DNA of 64,000 bases. Origin: Patescibacteria group bacterium (GTDB lineage: Bacteria > Patescibacteriota > Patescibacteriia > Patescibacteriales > UBA12075). The notes below the pieces were generated by a model that made no database searches, had not been told where the DNA came from, and worked only from the letters and a program-made list of their open reading frames with translations. A program made the translations under genes and the position numbers. The DNA lies in NCBI GenBank assembly GCA_018897195.1, contig JAHILH010000005.1, forward strand, positions 745-64,744, in the 5' to 3' direction. This document shows, in pieces, positions 8,438-18,757 of the stretch. Position 1 is the stretch's first letter, and each line of letters begins with the position of its first letter.

Positions 8438-10945
8438 TTAAACACTGGTTCGACGACGAATTTCCGCCTCAATAATACTGCGATCTTGGCCAAATTTGAG
8501 ACGGCTCAAAGTCTTTATTTTTTGTGCCATTCCCTCTCGCTCAATACCAGCAATCGGCCAAGGGCAATGCATGGAAAAAGGACGACTGGCCGTATTATCA
8601 ATAAGAAGTTTTGTATAAACAGAATATTTTTCAACATTTAATAAATCATACTGACTAAAGACAGGACTAAATTCTTTTTCCAAAAATTCCGCATCTTCGG
8701 TGCCAATTCTAAAACTCACCATCGAACCGACGTTACCAAAAACGGCGTCCTTAATTGTCGTGTCACCCTTATTGACCATCTGTCCGATATATTGATGAGC
8801 GATGGTTAAATTCAAACTATATTTACGCGCCTCGGACAAAATAGAGCAAATTGAATCGGTGGTAAAATTTTGAAACTCGTCGATATATAAATAAAAATCC
8901 TTACGTTGTGCTTGCGGAATATCCGTACGCGACAAAGCATTCATTAAAATTTTACTAATTATGATCATGCCCAAAAGATAGGCATTCATCTCGCCAATGG
9001 CACCTTTGGACAAATCCACCAAAAGAATTTTTTGTTTATCCATAATATCGCGGAAATTGAACGAACTATTTTGTTGGCCGATAATCGGGCGCATCGTGTC
9101 ATTGGAAATAAACTGTGTCAACTTGGATGTAATATAGGGCACGACATTCGCCAGGGCCGCATCACCACCCGCCTTCTCGGCTTCTTGCTTCCAAAAATCA
9201 ACCACAGTTTGGTCCGCACAGCGCTCTAATTTCATTTTTCGAAAAGCTGGATTAGCCAACACTTTTGGCACTTCCATTAAAGTTGAACCGGATTCTGGAT
9301 CAGACATAATCAAGAGCAAGGCATTGCGCATATATTGTTCAAAGATTGGACCACCGGTCGCCTTTAAATCGTACAACTTATCAAAAATCTTAATCATCTC
9401 ATTAATTACAAAAGTTTTTTGCTCCGGATATTTCGGATCAAACTCAATCAAATTCAAAGCCATCGGCCGTTCAATGTCCGCCGGTCGGAATAAAATAACG
9501 TTTTCTGCTCTCTCGGGCGGAATGCGGGACAAGATATCGCTTACCAAGTCACCATGCGGATCCAAAACGCAAACGCCCTCACCATTAATAATATCTTGGA
9601 CAGCCATATTGGCAATGAATTGTGACTTACCACCACCAGACTTACCAACTACATACATATGACGACGACGATCGTCACGCTTGATGTGCACGTCTTTTTT
9701 AACACCACGATGCACATTATAACCAAGATAAACCCCTTCACTTGGCGTGTCTACCGGTGCCGGGGCATGACGAGCAGTTAACCATAAAATATTCGGCGTC
9801 TCGGTGTCTTTTAGGGGTAGATGAAAAAGACTAGCCATCTCTGTTGTATTTAACAAAAATGATTTACCTTCATTAAAACGACGATAGATAAAATCATGAA
9901 TAATGCGCTTCTTGTTGCCGGTATTAATACGGCTTGCAAAGCTGTTGCCATATTCATAAGAATTATATTGACTAAAAGCACTCGACAAATTTTCTAGATA
10001 GGTTTGCGCTCGTCCCTTATCCCGCGCTGCCACCACGATGCGTAAATTTACATCCATACCCGCACGTGCATTTTTTTCTTCAATACCTTTTAGAGCCTCT
10101 TGCTCCATTACAGTTAACATTTTTTGATTCTCGGACCTATTTGCCAAAGAAGGATCAGCCGAATGAAATACATCACCCAAAAAACCTAAAATTTTATGCA
10201 AGACCCCGGAGCTAAGTGCCTCTGATAAAGATTTTTTTTGATTAGCCTTACGAACCACCTCGCTCGCCTTGTAGTGCCAAGAATTTTTTGCACTACGAAT
10301 AGTATATTGGATCGCCAAACCCTCATCTTCATCCACCTTGGACATAACATTGATCAAAGAATTTGTTGAATCAGTATCTTGCTTTAAATAAGTACGCAAA
10401 GGTAAAACAAAATGTCTTGTTGTTTTTAAAGTGCCGGCCAAAATTTCAGACTTGTGATTAAAAATATTATAATCCTTCACCTCTTCCAATGACGCGTCCG
10501 GATAATGCGCATTGATTTGTTGTTCAATATAGCGCTCTGCTCCGCGTGGGGCCACGATATAGAAATGAATCTTTTTCTTATTCGCCACAATCTCAAAAGA
10601 ATAGCTATCATTACGACCATATAACCAAGCCTTAAAACCCCGCTCCGCCCGCAAGCCACCTATAGAAGAAAAGATTGTCTCACCTTTGGCAATTTCTTCG
10701 TGCAAGGATTGAACCCGATTTGTTTCATTGCCCTGGTTATTTCCTTGTTTGTCTTGAGGTAAACGGACTAAAAAAATAACGTAACGCTGAAAAGTCTTCT
10801 GCAAATATTTTTCCCGAATTATCAAGCGCGCAATATATAAAACCAAAAACAAAACAGCAAAAGCCGCCACATACCAAAACCAGCCACTCAAATCAATAAC
10901 ATAATCGTTGTTTATATTTTGTTGTAGTCCGTAATCCATAGACAA
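8438..10945 (-). CDS. VirB4/TraD/HerA-like P-loop ATPase with N-terminal TM
   Basis: DRRRHMYVVGKSGGGKS Walker A, LDPHGD, LYIDEFQNF Walker B, EARKY...AHQ. Confidence 0.88.
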   Translation of the reverse strand: MSMDYGLQQNINNDYVIDLSGWFWYVAAFAVLFLVLYIARLIIREKYLQKTFQRYVIFLVRLPQDKQGNNQGNETNRVQSLHEEIAKGETIFSSIGGLRAERGFKAWLYGRNDSYSFEIVANKKKIHFYIVAPRGAERYIEQQINAHYPDASLEEVKDYNIFNHKSEILAGTLKTTRHFVLPLRTYLKQDTDSTNSLINVMSKVDEDEGLAIQYTIRSAKNSWHYKASEVVRKANQKKSLSEALSSGVLHKILGFLGDVFHSADPSLANRSENQKMLTVMEQEALKGIEEKNARAGMDVNLRIVVAARDKGRAQTYLENLSSAFSQYNSYEYGNSFASRINTGNKKRIIHDFIYRRFNEGKSFLLNTTEMASLFHLPLKDTETPNILWLTARHAPAPVDTPSEGVYLGYNVHRGVKKDVHIKRDDRRRHMYVVGKSGGGKSQFIANMAVQDIINGEGVCVLDPHGDLVSDILSRIPPERAENVILFRPADIERPMALNLIEFDPKYPEQKTFVINEMIKIFDKLYDLKATGGPIFEQYMRNALLLIMSDPESGSTLMEVPKVLANPAFRKMKLERCADQTVVDFWKQEAEKAGGDAALANVVPYITSKLTQFISNDTMRPIIGQQNSSFNFRDIMDKQKILLVDLSKGAIGEMNAYLLGMIIISKILMNALSRTDIPQAQRKDFYLYIDEFQNFTTDSICSILSEARKYSLNLTIAHQYIGQMVNKGDTTIKDAVFGNVGSMVSFRIGTEDAEFLEKEFSPVFSQYDLLNVEKYSVYTKLLIDNTASRPFSMHCPWPIAGIEREGMAQKIKTLSRLKFGQDRSIIEAEIRRRTSV

Positions 10946-10975
10946 TATCTTTAAATTAATTAATCATTGATTGAA

Positions 10976-13039
10976 TTATTCCACAATCCCATCTCCACCT
11001 GCAATATCATCATCCTCTAATTTACTGGTCTCCGCTCTAGTCGTTTGTGATAATGACGACTTAGTCTCATTGTCATTAGCAGTAATTGTGGAACCAGTTA
11101 ACAAAATCATAATTCTATTTTTATCATCATCTGTCGGCTTAATGCTAATGCTAAATTCAGCATTAGACTCCATGGCTAAGGCTGGTAGACGACTTATGGT
11201 CCAAGTTACCTCTCTGGTTGTCTCATTGTAATCAAGCGAGCCAACGGAAAAATTAGCCTTATTAGCAAAAGTTACATAGTCTGGCAATTTTGTTGTCACC
11301 TTAACATCACCAAGCTCGTGTAAGCTATTGCTCAAATTCCAATACACTTTATAGCTTGTTACTTGTCCAGCCTTTGGCGGGTTTGGTCCGGATCCTACGG
11401 GTACATTGTCAGCACTAAAATAACGCACCTGCTCGTTTAATTTCAAGTTACTATTAATCTTGTTAATGATTACATTGCTCTTGTTTTCATTTTTCTTCGC
11501 ATCGGTGTTATTGCTTTGATCACCAACTGCGAACTGAGCATAACTAGTAATGGCGTAACTCTTGTCTGCGGTCATCTTCTCAACATTCAAATCCATCAAA
11601 TTAATCGAAAAGTCAATTGTTCCATCTTTGTCCGGTGCAATTGATGCTAATTCCGGAATTTCATTTTTAGTCCAAATAATCATATTGCCTTTTACTTTGC
11701 CCTTGGCTGCGTCGCCCAAAGTAGTCCAGTTCAAAAAATCACCATCCAACACTGCCATCAAAACCACATCCTTCATTTCCGCATCACCGCCATTCTTATA
11801 CACCAAGGAGTAATTCAAAGTATCGCCAAAATTAATACCTTGGTCGTCGCGCTTACCATTAATTATCATGGTTAAATTTAAGTCACTTTTAATCACTGAC
11901 AGTTTCAATTCTTTAGAGTAAAATTTTACATACTTAGAATCACCAACCAATTTCTCAAAATTCAAAACTATAACCTGCTCCTCGGTGCCTTTCTTGATAA
12001 ATTTAAATTTAATAGGGATTATTTTTTCATTGGCTGTCACCTCATCAACCTGCCAAACACCTGGTCTAATAACTGAATACTTTGCCAAATCATCACCAGC
12101 TGGTGCTGTCTTAGGTTTAACAATTTCCACATTCTCATTCACCTCCTGCGAAATGCGAAAATTATTAATGAAATTATTATCACGCGCACTGAAACGAATT
12201 GTTAAGTCATTTACCTCATCAACCAAGACATTACTAGAATAGTCCAAGTCAATATTCATCCCTATATCCTTGATTTGCGTCATCGCCGAAGTTTCTTTTT
12301 TAAATTCAGATGAAAAATTTTCCGGCATATAATCCATCTTGGCTGCCAAAATTCCTGATTTGCCCTCCTCGCCAATCATAATTCCCTTGATTTTAATTTT
12401 CCCGTTCACGCCAGCCTTAACATCGCCGATATCCCAGCGTGAATTATTCTCATTCGAAGGTGGAAAAGAATCAATAAAAATAAAATTATCAGGATAAGTG
12501 ACGCTCACGACTACATTTTTCAAATTAATTGTATTGCTAGGATTGCCATAATTAATTGTATAAAAAAACTCCTCCCCAACCGTTACTTCATTTTTGGTTT
12601 CAATAGTGAAATCAACCGCGGTTGCATTCAAACCTTGATTAACAATAAATTTGTTATAAGCATAATAGCCACCGCCACCAAAACCACCCACCAAAAAAAC
12701 AAACATAAAAAACCAAAAGAAAAAACCATGCTTCTTTAAAACTTTGAATTTTTTTACATCCACCATCTTGCCATCATCATCTTGATAGATTTCATTCAAG
12801 CTCTCCTCAATCTCCGCCTCATTCGCTTCATTCTCCGGACTAAAATACTCTTCACTTCCTTCTTCACTCTCCGCCTCTTCCTCAATAATGTCTGCGACCT
12901 CCTTAGTTTCTTCCGCCTTGGCATCGCCTGGCAGATTTACTTGCGTGAATTCATTCAAGCTTGATTCGCGAAGATTGATTACAACATCGTCATCATCAAT
13001 CACCTCATCTGCTTGTTTTTTGTTTGACTTGTTAAACAT
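10976..13039 (-). CDS. Membrane-anchored protein with repeated Ig-like (DUF11-type) domains
   Basis: Acidic N-terminus, single TM, repeated G-x-x-x-x-Y-x-I-x-Y-x-N beta-sandwich motifs. Confidence 0.8.
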   Translation of the reverse strand: MFNKSNKKQADEVIDDDDVVINLRESSLNEFTQVNLPGDAKAEETKEVADIIEEEAESEEGSEEYFSPENEANEAEIEESLNEIYQDDDGKMVDVKKFKVLKKHGFFFWFFMFVFLVGGFGGGGYYAYNKFIVNQGLNATAVDFTIETKNEVTVGEEFFYTINYGNPSNTINLKNVVVSVTYPDNFIFIDSFPPSNENNSRWDIGDVKAGVNGKIKIKGIMIGEEGKSGILAAKMDYMPENFSSEFKKETSAMTQIKDIGMNIDLDYSSNVLVDEVNDLTIRFSARDNNFINNFRISQEVNENVEIVKPKTAPAGDDLAKYSVIRPGVWQVDEVTANEKIIPIKFKFIKKGTEEQVIVLNFEKLVGDSKYVKFYSKELKLSVIKSDLNLTMIINGKRDDQGINFGDTLNYSLVYKNGGDAEMKDVVLMAVLDGDFLNWTTLGDAAKGKVKGNMIIWTKNEIPELASIAPDKDGTIDFSINLMDLNVEKMTADKSYAITSYAQFAVGDQSNNTDAKKNENKSNVIINKINSNLKLNEQVRYFSADNVPVGSGPNPPKAGQVTSYKVYWNLSNSLHELGDVKVTTKLPDYVTFANKANFSVGSLDYNETTREVTWTISRLPALAMESNAEFSISIKPTDDDKNRIMILLTGSTITANDNETKSSLSQTTRAETSKLEDDDIAGGDGIVE

Positions 13040-13050
13040 ATATTTAAATT

Positions 13051-13089
13051 AATTTTGAATTTCCAATTTTGAATTTTGAATGAATTTTG
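13051..13089. repeat. Heptamer tandem repeat (AATTTTG-type)
   Basis: AATTTTG AATTTCC AATTTTG AATTTTG AATG AATTTTG. Confidence 0.6.
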
Positions 13090-13153
13090 CTGGAAATTAT
13101 AAACTTCTATATTTAATAAAATTAAAAAAACCAAAAAAAACTGAAACTAAAAT

Positions 13154-15718
13154 TTACTTTCCAATACTCAGCAACACCATCCAGTTGCGATCAACATTCA
13201 ACTTATTCCTGTAATTAAAAGATTCATTATTCTGCCATGCGACTTGCATATTAGCTGGCAATGTCAAATTACTCACAAACTCACTACCCTGTGAACCAGG
13301 TTGTTTTTGCACCAACAATTTCAAAGGCACATAACTAGAGTCATCTTCACCATTAACAATTTTTTCCCAAAATGTTTTCGGCTTCACCGGTTCAGTTTTT
13401 TGAACCTTAAAAGGTAGTCGATATCTAATTGTAATTAAAACCTGTTCACCGGGATCAACCATAGACCAGTTCGCGAAAACCGTCTTGCCCAATTCTTTAT
13501 AAATCTTAGTATTACTAATGCCGTCCATGCCAAAGGTGCCTTCACCACGCATCACATCTTCATCTTTTTTCCAAGTCTCCATTGGCTTTTCAAAAAACTT
13601 TCCATCGGGCTGACTAAAACCACTTGCACTAATTAATTCACTACCTTCTGGCACATAGACACGCATCCAATTTACATTGCGCACTCCCACATGATCTTCG
13701 CCACGAATAGCCGTATGCCGTCTTTGAATTGTCAAAGTATTAATAATACTGCCGTCTGTTTGTACTTCCTTTAGGAGGGCGATGTTTTCTTTTATTTTCT
13801 TGTCGGTTTTAAAACCGGCAATATTGGTATTTGCCACCATTAGATAATCACCATCAATATTTTGAATCAGTCCCGCCCAATCGAAATCGCTTACTAACTT
13901 TTCCAAATCCTCATCAACAAAATATGTTAAAATTTGTTTTTCATTTAAGTTTTGATAGGCCGCATTCAGGATGCGCAAAAAATCCTCTCTATTTAATTCG
14001 TTGGATGCCTTCGTTATAATCAAGTTCATCATGTCGCCAATGATTTTCTTTGGCTCATGTTTTTGTGTCTCAACTTTTACCAAAGTTGAAGTCGCCGTCG
14101 TCGTCGCCATTTCCGGCTTTTGCTCAACTATGTCTTGTACTACGTCCCAAAAATTATCACTTGTAATCACAACACCATATTTCTCAGTCAAATCAAGTGG
14201 ACCGATTATTTTCAACAAGTCATCCATTACATTCGGTGTAATTGCAATCACACCATCAACAGTTGGGCCGTTACTCTTTTCATAAAACCACATCAACTTC
14301 TTCGCCGACATCGCCCAATCCGGCCACCAGTTCGCATCCCAAAAATGCCAAAGTGGATTGACCAATTGTAATGGCTCTGGCGCGGCTACGCGCTCGAGGT
14401 AGCCAGCCTCGGTATCATAACTACCACCTTTCGGCACTTCCAAATTAATCATTTCGCCATTATGGAAATCCGCCAAGGCATAAGAACCGATAAAACCGCC
14501 ACTACCCCGCATTTCCGTATTATTCTGAAAAACAATTAAATAACGTCGGTCTTGATCAAAGCCCAAAATCTTACGCGTGCCATCAATCAGCCTCATCGCC
14601 TCATTGAATAAATTGGAAATATCAACTGAGCTCTGCTGAAAGACGCTTACCTTGTCACGATATTCATCAGGTAAATTATTCAAGTTAATTTTTTTCAAAA
14701 TGTCTCCCAACTCCACAATCTCAGCATTAGAACTATTCAAATTTTCATAAACAACATTCAAAACATCTTTCATTTTTAAATTCTGAGACTCAAACAAATC
14801 CAAGGAACCACCGATACGATTGGCAATGCTTGCCGTTAATTCACCAGCACGCAAAAAAAGATCAGCTTGTGCGGCTAACTTAATATTCTTGTTCGGCACC
14901 ACTTTGGCCAAAGCACCAAAAACCAAGCTCACATTTTTGATTTCATTTTGAGCAGTTCTAAAATTATCCGCCGCCTTATTAAAATTTTTCGTCGCTTCGT
15001 CAAAATTTAAACTTGAAACATCGCCAGAGCTATTTTTCATATCATCAACTGCTGATGCTGATACACCCAATACCTCGCCTTTAAATTTCAAAAAGTCGCG
15101 ATAGTGTAAATATGCTTTCAAGGGCAAAATTAAAACCAACAACAAAATCGCGAAAGTTGCCACTTGTCTTACAAAAGAAAAACGCAGTGCCGGAATAACA
15201 TTCCTAATATCAAATTGAAAATGCTCTTTAGCCACCTCAACAGGCACCTCCTTGTGAAGCACTGGTCGCACTGTTTGCAAATATTGATCCTTGGCAATCC
15301 GCGCCTCTCGACGAATACGTGCCCACAGAGCAACATGGTCACGGCTTTTTTTATAAGCAAAAATAAAAGTTAAAAAGAAAAAACGAATACCAAATACAAA
15401 CAGCCAACCCGTGCCATAACTAATCTTGCAAAGAAGATTAAATAAAAAATAGAAAGACAATTTCTTGTATTTCTGATGAAAAAAGAAATAATAATAACTA
15501 GAAAAATTCGGCAAAATATTTTTGAAACCAGCCAAGAATTGCTTAAAACTAAATTTAGGCAAAAGCTTTTTGAGGCTAAATTTATTTTTCTCCTTCTCAA
15601 TCCGTTTCAAAACAATCTCTTCCTCACGCTTAAAATTCGCCGCCAAATCAACCATAAAACGAGAAGCCTTTCCTCCGCCCTGAATATTTAAAGTATGTTT
15701 TTTTTTCTCAAATGTCAT
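13154..15718 (-). CDS. DUF4012 domain membrane protein
   Basis: YLIVFQNNTEMRGSGGFIGSYA, DANWWPDW, VDGVIAI motifs. Confidence 0.85.
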   Translation of the reverse strand: MTFEKKKHTLNIQGGGKASRFMVDLAANFKREEEIVLKRIEKEKNKFSLKKLLPKFSFKQFLAGFKNILPNFSSYYYFFFHQKYKKLSFYFLFNLLCKISYGTGWLFVFGIRFFFLTFIFAYKKSRDHVALWARIRREARIAKDQYLQTVRPVLHKEVPVEVAKEHFQFDIRNVIPALRFSFVRQVATFAILLLVLILPLKAYLHYRDFLKFKGEVLGVSASAVDDMKNSSGDVSSLNFDEATKNFNKAADNFRTAQNEIKNVSLVFGALAKVVPNKNIKLAAQADLFLRAGELTASIANRIGGSLDLFESQNLKMKDVLNVVYENLNSSNAEIVELGDILKKINLNNLPDEYRDKVSVFQQSSVDISNLFNEAMRLIDGTRKILGFDQDRRYLIVFQNNTEMRGSGGFIGSYALADFHNGEMINLEVPKGGSYDTEAGYLERVAAPEPLQLVNPLWHFWDANWWPDWAMSAKKLMWFYEKSNGPTVDGVIAITPNVMDDLLKIIGPLDLTEKYGVVITSDNFWDVVQDIVEQKPEMATTTATSTLVKVETQKHEPKKIIGDMMNLIITKASNELNREDFLRILNAAYQNLNEKQILTYFVDEDLEKLVSDFDWAGLIQNIDGDYLMVANTNIAGFKTDKKIKENIALLKEVQTDGSIINTLTIQRRHTAIRGEDHVGVRNVNWMRVYVPEGSELISASGFSQPDGKFFEKPMETWKKDEDVMRGEGTFGMDGISNTKIYKELGKTVFANWSMVDPGEQVLITIRYRLPFKVQKTEPVKPKTFWEKIVNGEDDSSYVPLKLLVQKQPGSQGSEFVSNLTLPANMQVAWQNNESFNYRNKLNVDRNWMVLLSIGK

Positions 15719-15730
15719 TTACGATTTAAA

Positions 15731-16228
15731 TTATAAATTTTTAAGCCTTACGATCTCATCAGCCTTAATCTTCGCCTCTTGTTCAATAAAAAACTTATTA
15801 ACACCTGGAATAATTAAAAGCCATTTTTTTAACAGTTCAATAATCTTCCCAACTTCTAACTTCGCCTTATCTAATATGTTATTTATTTCTTTAGCCGTCT
15901 CCTCACCCTTAATTTTGAACTCTTGTTGTTTGTCCGGTGGCATTTGTATATACATATCCCGCACATCCTGTGACATAATGTCCTCAATCTCCTTCTGTCT
16001 CTTGGTATTCTGACTAGCAAAACCGCCAATCGGCTGAATACCGCCGAGCTCTCCCTCGGTTTGAATCGCATTTATCACCTCGCTGGCGGCCTGTTCCATA
16101 TCCTGTCCACCCTCAAAAACTCTCTCCCTTTCAGGCAAGTTAACTCTTTCTAGATTATTTTCTACTTCTAAGCCCCCAACAATTGATTCTTTTCTCTCAA
16201 TGTTGGCAAAATTTTTATCATCGGTCAT
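15731..16228 (-). CDS. Conserved hypothetical protein
   Basis: C-terminal WLLIIPGVNKFFIEQEAKIKAD motif; in operon with downstream genes; start uncertain (16243 or 16228). Confidence 0.75.
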   Translation of the reverse strand: MTDDKNFANIERKESIVGGLEVENNLERVNLPERERVFEGGQDMEQAASEVINAIQTEGELGGIQPIGGFASQNTKRQKEIEDIMSQDVRDMYIQMPPDKQQEFKIKGEETAKEINNILDKAKLEVGKIIELLKKWLLIIPGVNKFFIEQEAKIKADEIVRLKNL

Positions 16229-16410
16229 AAGCAAAATCGACACTTTTTATTTCGTCGAATAAAAGTTATTAACACTGATTATTATAACATATTTTTGGGT
16301 AAAATAAAAAGAGTGTCAGTCAATTCCACTATCACAAAAGTAATTTTAAATTCTTGCAAATTAACCACAATTAACTTAAAATTAAAATATAACAAATTAA
16401 TATTCATACT

Positions 16411-17220
16411 ATGCCCATCGAACAAGAGTTAACGAAAAAAATTGTTAACCGAGAATGTTATAATGCAACCAGGCATAAAGTCGGCGCAATTATGAGAACG
16501 GACCATAATTTAGACCGATTACCTTTATTAAAGGACGCGATAAATTCCCTACTTAGGCTACCAATTATCAGCCTAATTCATATTTTAATTTACACCGATG
16601 AGGACAAAGGACTTTTTCGAAATGAATTAATTAAAGAATTTGGTGCGGAAAGAAAAAGAGTAACATTCGATGAAGTCGGTGTTGGTTGTTTTTATACCGA
16701 CATCTTAAACGATGCAATCAACGAACAAACCAGACAAGGAATTGATTATTCTCTCGTCTTGTCACCCGAAGCTCATCTTTATATCACGAAAGAGAATGTC
16801 GAAAAACTGCTTAATGCCGCCAAGCAAGGATCCTATTTCACAACACTAGCACTAAACGAATACAAACACCTGATTGAAATGGGTTGTCCTGTTACCGCAC
16901 TTACTCTCTATAAAAATACAGCCGTTAATTTTACTAATGTTTGGAAGATTGGTGCTACGGTAAAAGGGACCGACATGGAAGAAAATAGCTACGGCATGAG
17001 CGAAATATATGTTGCTAAAAATCTTTTAAATAATTTTGGGAATGGCAGTATTGTCATTGTTGAACCGAGCGGTGGGCACCTAATTGAATCAGATGACGCC
17101 AAAAGCAAACAATGGCGAGAGCAAGTCATGGCGACCAAGGAGGAAAGGTTTAAAAAAATGTGTGCCTTATTGCAAATTGATATCAACGAATTGAAAATGA
17201 ATATTACATATCTCAAATAA
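16411..17220 (+). CDS. Hypothetical protein, GT-A-like fold; homologue of 17768..18634
   Basis: LNDAI...YSLVLSPE...TALTLY...GMSE aligns by eye with the downstream gene. Confidence 0.65.
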   Translation: MPIEQELTKKIVNRECYNATRHKVGAIMRTDHNLDRLPLLKDAINSLLRLPIISLIHILIYTDEDKGLFRNELIKEFGAERKRVTFDEVGVGCFYTDILNDAINEQTRQGIDYSLVLSPEAHLYITKENVEKLLNAAKQGSYFTTLALNEYKHLIEMGCPVTALTLYKNTAVNFTNVWKIGATVKGTDMEENSYGMSEIYVAKNLLNNFGNGSIVIVEPSGGHLIESDDAKSKQWREQVMATKEERFKKMCALLQIDINELKMNITYLK

Positions 17221-17261
17221 GTTTAAAATGGCTAATTTTAAATAAACTATGCCTCGTACTA

Positions 17262-17290
17262 TTGACAAATTTTCTTAAGTATGCTATAAA
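17262..17290 (+). promoter_or_regulatory. Sigma70-type promoter
   Basis: TTGACA-17 bp-TATAAA with extended TG. Confidence 0.7.
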
Positions 17291-17456
17291 TAAGGATTAG
17301 TTGATCTTTTACAATTTCATAAACCTTCACGGCCACTGATGTCGCCATGGAGCATTCGAATGATGCGTAAAGTCACAAATTCTAAAATTTAAACAATAAA
17401 TTGAAAACCGCGTTATCGCTGTTTTTTTGTTGCCAAAATCAAGAAAGGAGATAACC

Positions 17457-17726
17457 ATGAAACAGTATGTGACTCTCAATGTTCGCGGAAAACGTATATT
17501 AAATATACACGGAGACGTGAAATTGCGAGCGGTAGAAGATTTCTCCATGTTTTGTGGAGAAATCGCAACCATGACAAACGGCGAAAAAGAGGTAATCGGC
17601 ACTGGAGAGGGACATTCCGATTTTTCTGGCCTTGAAGTTGTACTTGAACCGAGTGGTGAGCACAAATTAATAAGCTGGCAAAATCTCAATGAGACACGGA
17701 TGGATATTTTTGGACAACCCAATTAG
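17457..17726 (+). CDS. Hypothetical protein
   Basis: ATG 17457 with AAGGAG SD; 89 aa, beta-rich. Confidence 0.65.
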   Translation: MKQYVTLNVRGKRILNIHGDVKLRAVEDFSMFCGEIATMTNGEKEVIGTGEGHSDFSGLEVVLEPSGEHKLISWQNLNETRMDIFGQPN

Positions 17727-17767
17727 CAGTAAACCACAACAACCAATTCAAAGAATGGAGAAGAGTA

Positions 17768-18634
17768 ATGAAAAATGCAAACGAAAGCGTAGCAGTAGTT
17801 GCACGATCATTTCAGAAAGGAAAAACCGCGGAAACGGTTGACATGGTTTCATTTCGGAAACATGTCGACGCCTTCAGGGGCGTTCTCAACTGTTCCAATG
17901 TCGATCGCCTGGTCGTAGTCACCTGCGGCGAAGGGAAATTTTCGGAAATCCCTGACGCCGACGGTCTCTACCCCACCGTCAAACACCTCACGGAAGCTTT
18001 TCCGGAGGAAGTCAAATCCGGTCGTCTGATCGTTCACGTTTGTATGAACTGGGGCAACAACCCCGGCAGCGGCGAAGCGCTCAATGACGGCCTCAAGATT
18101 GCTGAAAAGCACGGCGCGAAATATGTCCTGAATTGGTCCCCGGAGATGGAATGCAGCCAGGATCTGATCAGCGAAGCGATTGCCTATGCCGAAAAGAAAG
18201 GCCTGGTGGTCGTTGGTGGCCTGCGCCAGAACTGGTGGGAAAAACCGCAATGGAAAGTCCCGCAGAACACCCTCGCCCTGTGGCGCGTCGATGTCCTTTG
18301 CAGAATCGGTGGCTTTGCCCCAGAATGCAACGGCACCGGCGAAACGGTCGAAACTGCTGAGTTTGGCGCCGTTCCCTTGGCTGGCATGGAAGACTTCCAC
18401 GCCCTCCTGCGCATCGTACGCGACGAGCCCAATTTCAACTGGGGCATGATCAAGAAAGATCCGCCCCTCAGATGGGACACGAACTTCGAGCCTGGCTCGG
18501 AACGTGAGCAGAACCACCTGAAGAAGGTCGCCCGGCAGTATATCGTCATGAAGCGATACGCTGAAATGGTTTTTCCCAACATTGCCTTTGGCGATGTCAT
18601 GGATAAACTGTTTGCGAAGATGCATCTCGCGTAA
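17768..18634 (+). CDS. Hypothetical GT-A-like protein, GC-rich
   Basis: GSGEALNDG...KYVLNWSPE...LCRIGGF...GMED resembles GT2 core; GGAG SD; hairpin terminator 18651-18690. Confidence 0.75.
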   Translation: MKNANESVAVVARSFQKGKTAETVDMVSFRKHVDAFRGVLNCSNVDRLVVVTCGEGKFSEIPDADGLYPTVKHLTEAFPEEVKSGRLIVHVCMNWGNNPGSGEALNDGLKIAEKHGAKYVLNWSPEMECSQDLISEAIAYAEKKGLVVVGGLRQNWWEKPQWKVPQNTLALWRVDVLCRIGGFAPECNGTGETVETAEFGAVPLAGMEDFHALLRIVRDEPNFNWGMIKKDPPLRWDTNFEPGSEREQNHLKKVARQYIVMKRYAEMVFPNIAFGDVMDKLFAKMHLA

Positions 18635-18757
18635 CGAGCAACGAACACCTTAAGCCACACTCTATAGCAAAAACTATAAAGTGTGGCTTATTTTATTTTC
18701 AATTATTATTAATTTATGTTATAATATAATCAAATAAGTTTTCCACAATTATAAAAA

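Noticed and set aside
17336..17370. CTGATG...GTC as a hammerhead ribozyme core
   Set aside because: Lacks CUGAnGA and GAAA with the required stems
17849..18660. Long antisense and alternative-frame ORFs (258 aa, 158 aa)
   Set aside because: Shadow ORFs of the GC-rich gene 17768..18634, which has the SD, terminator and homologue
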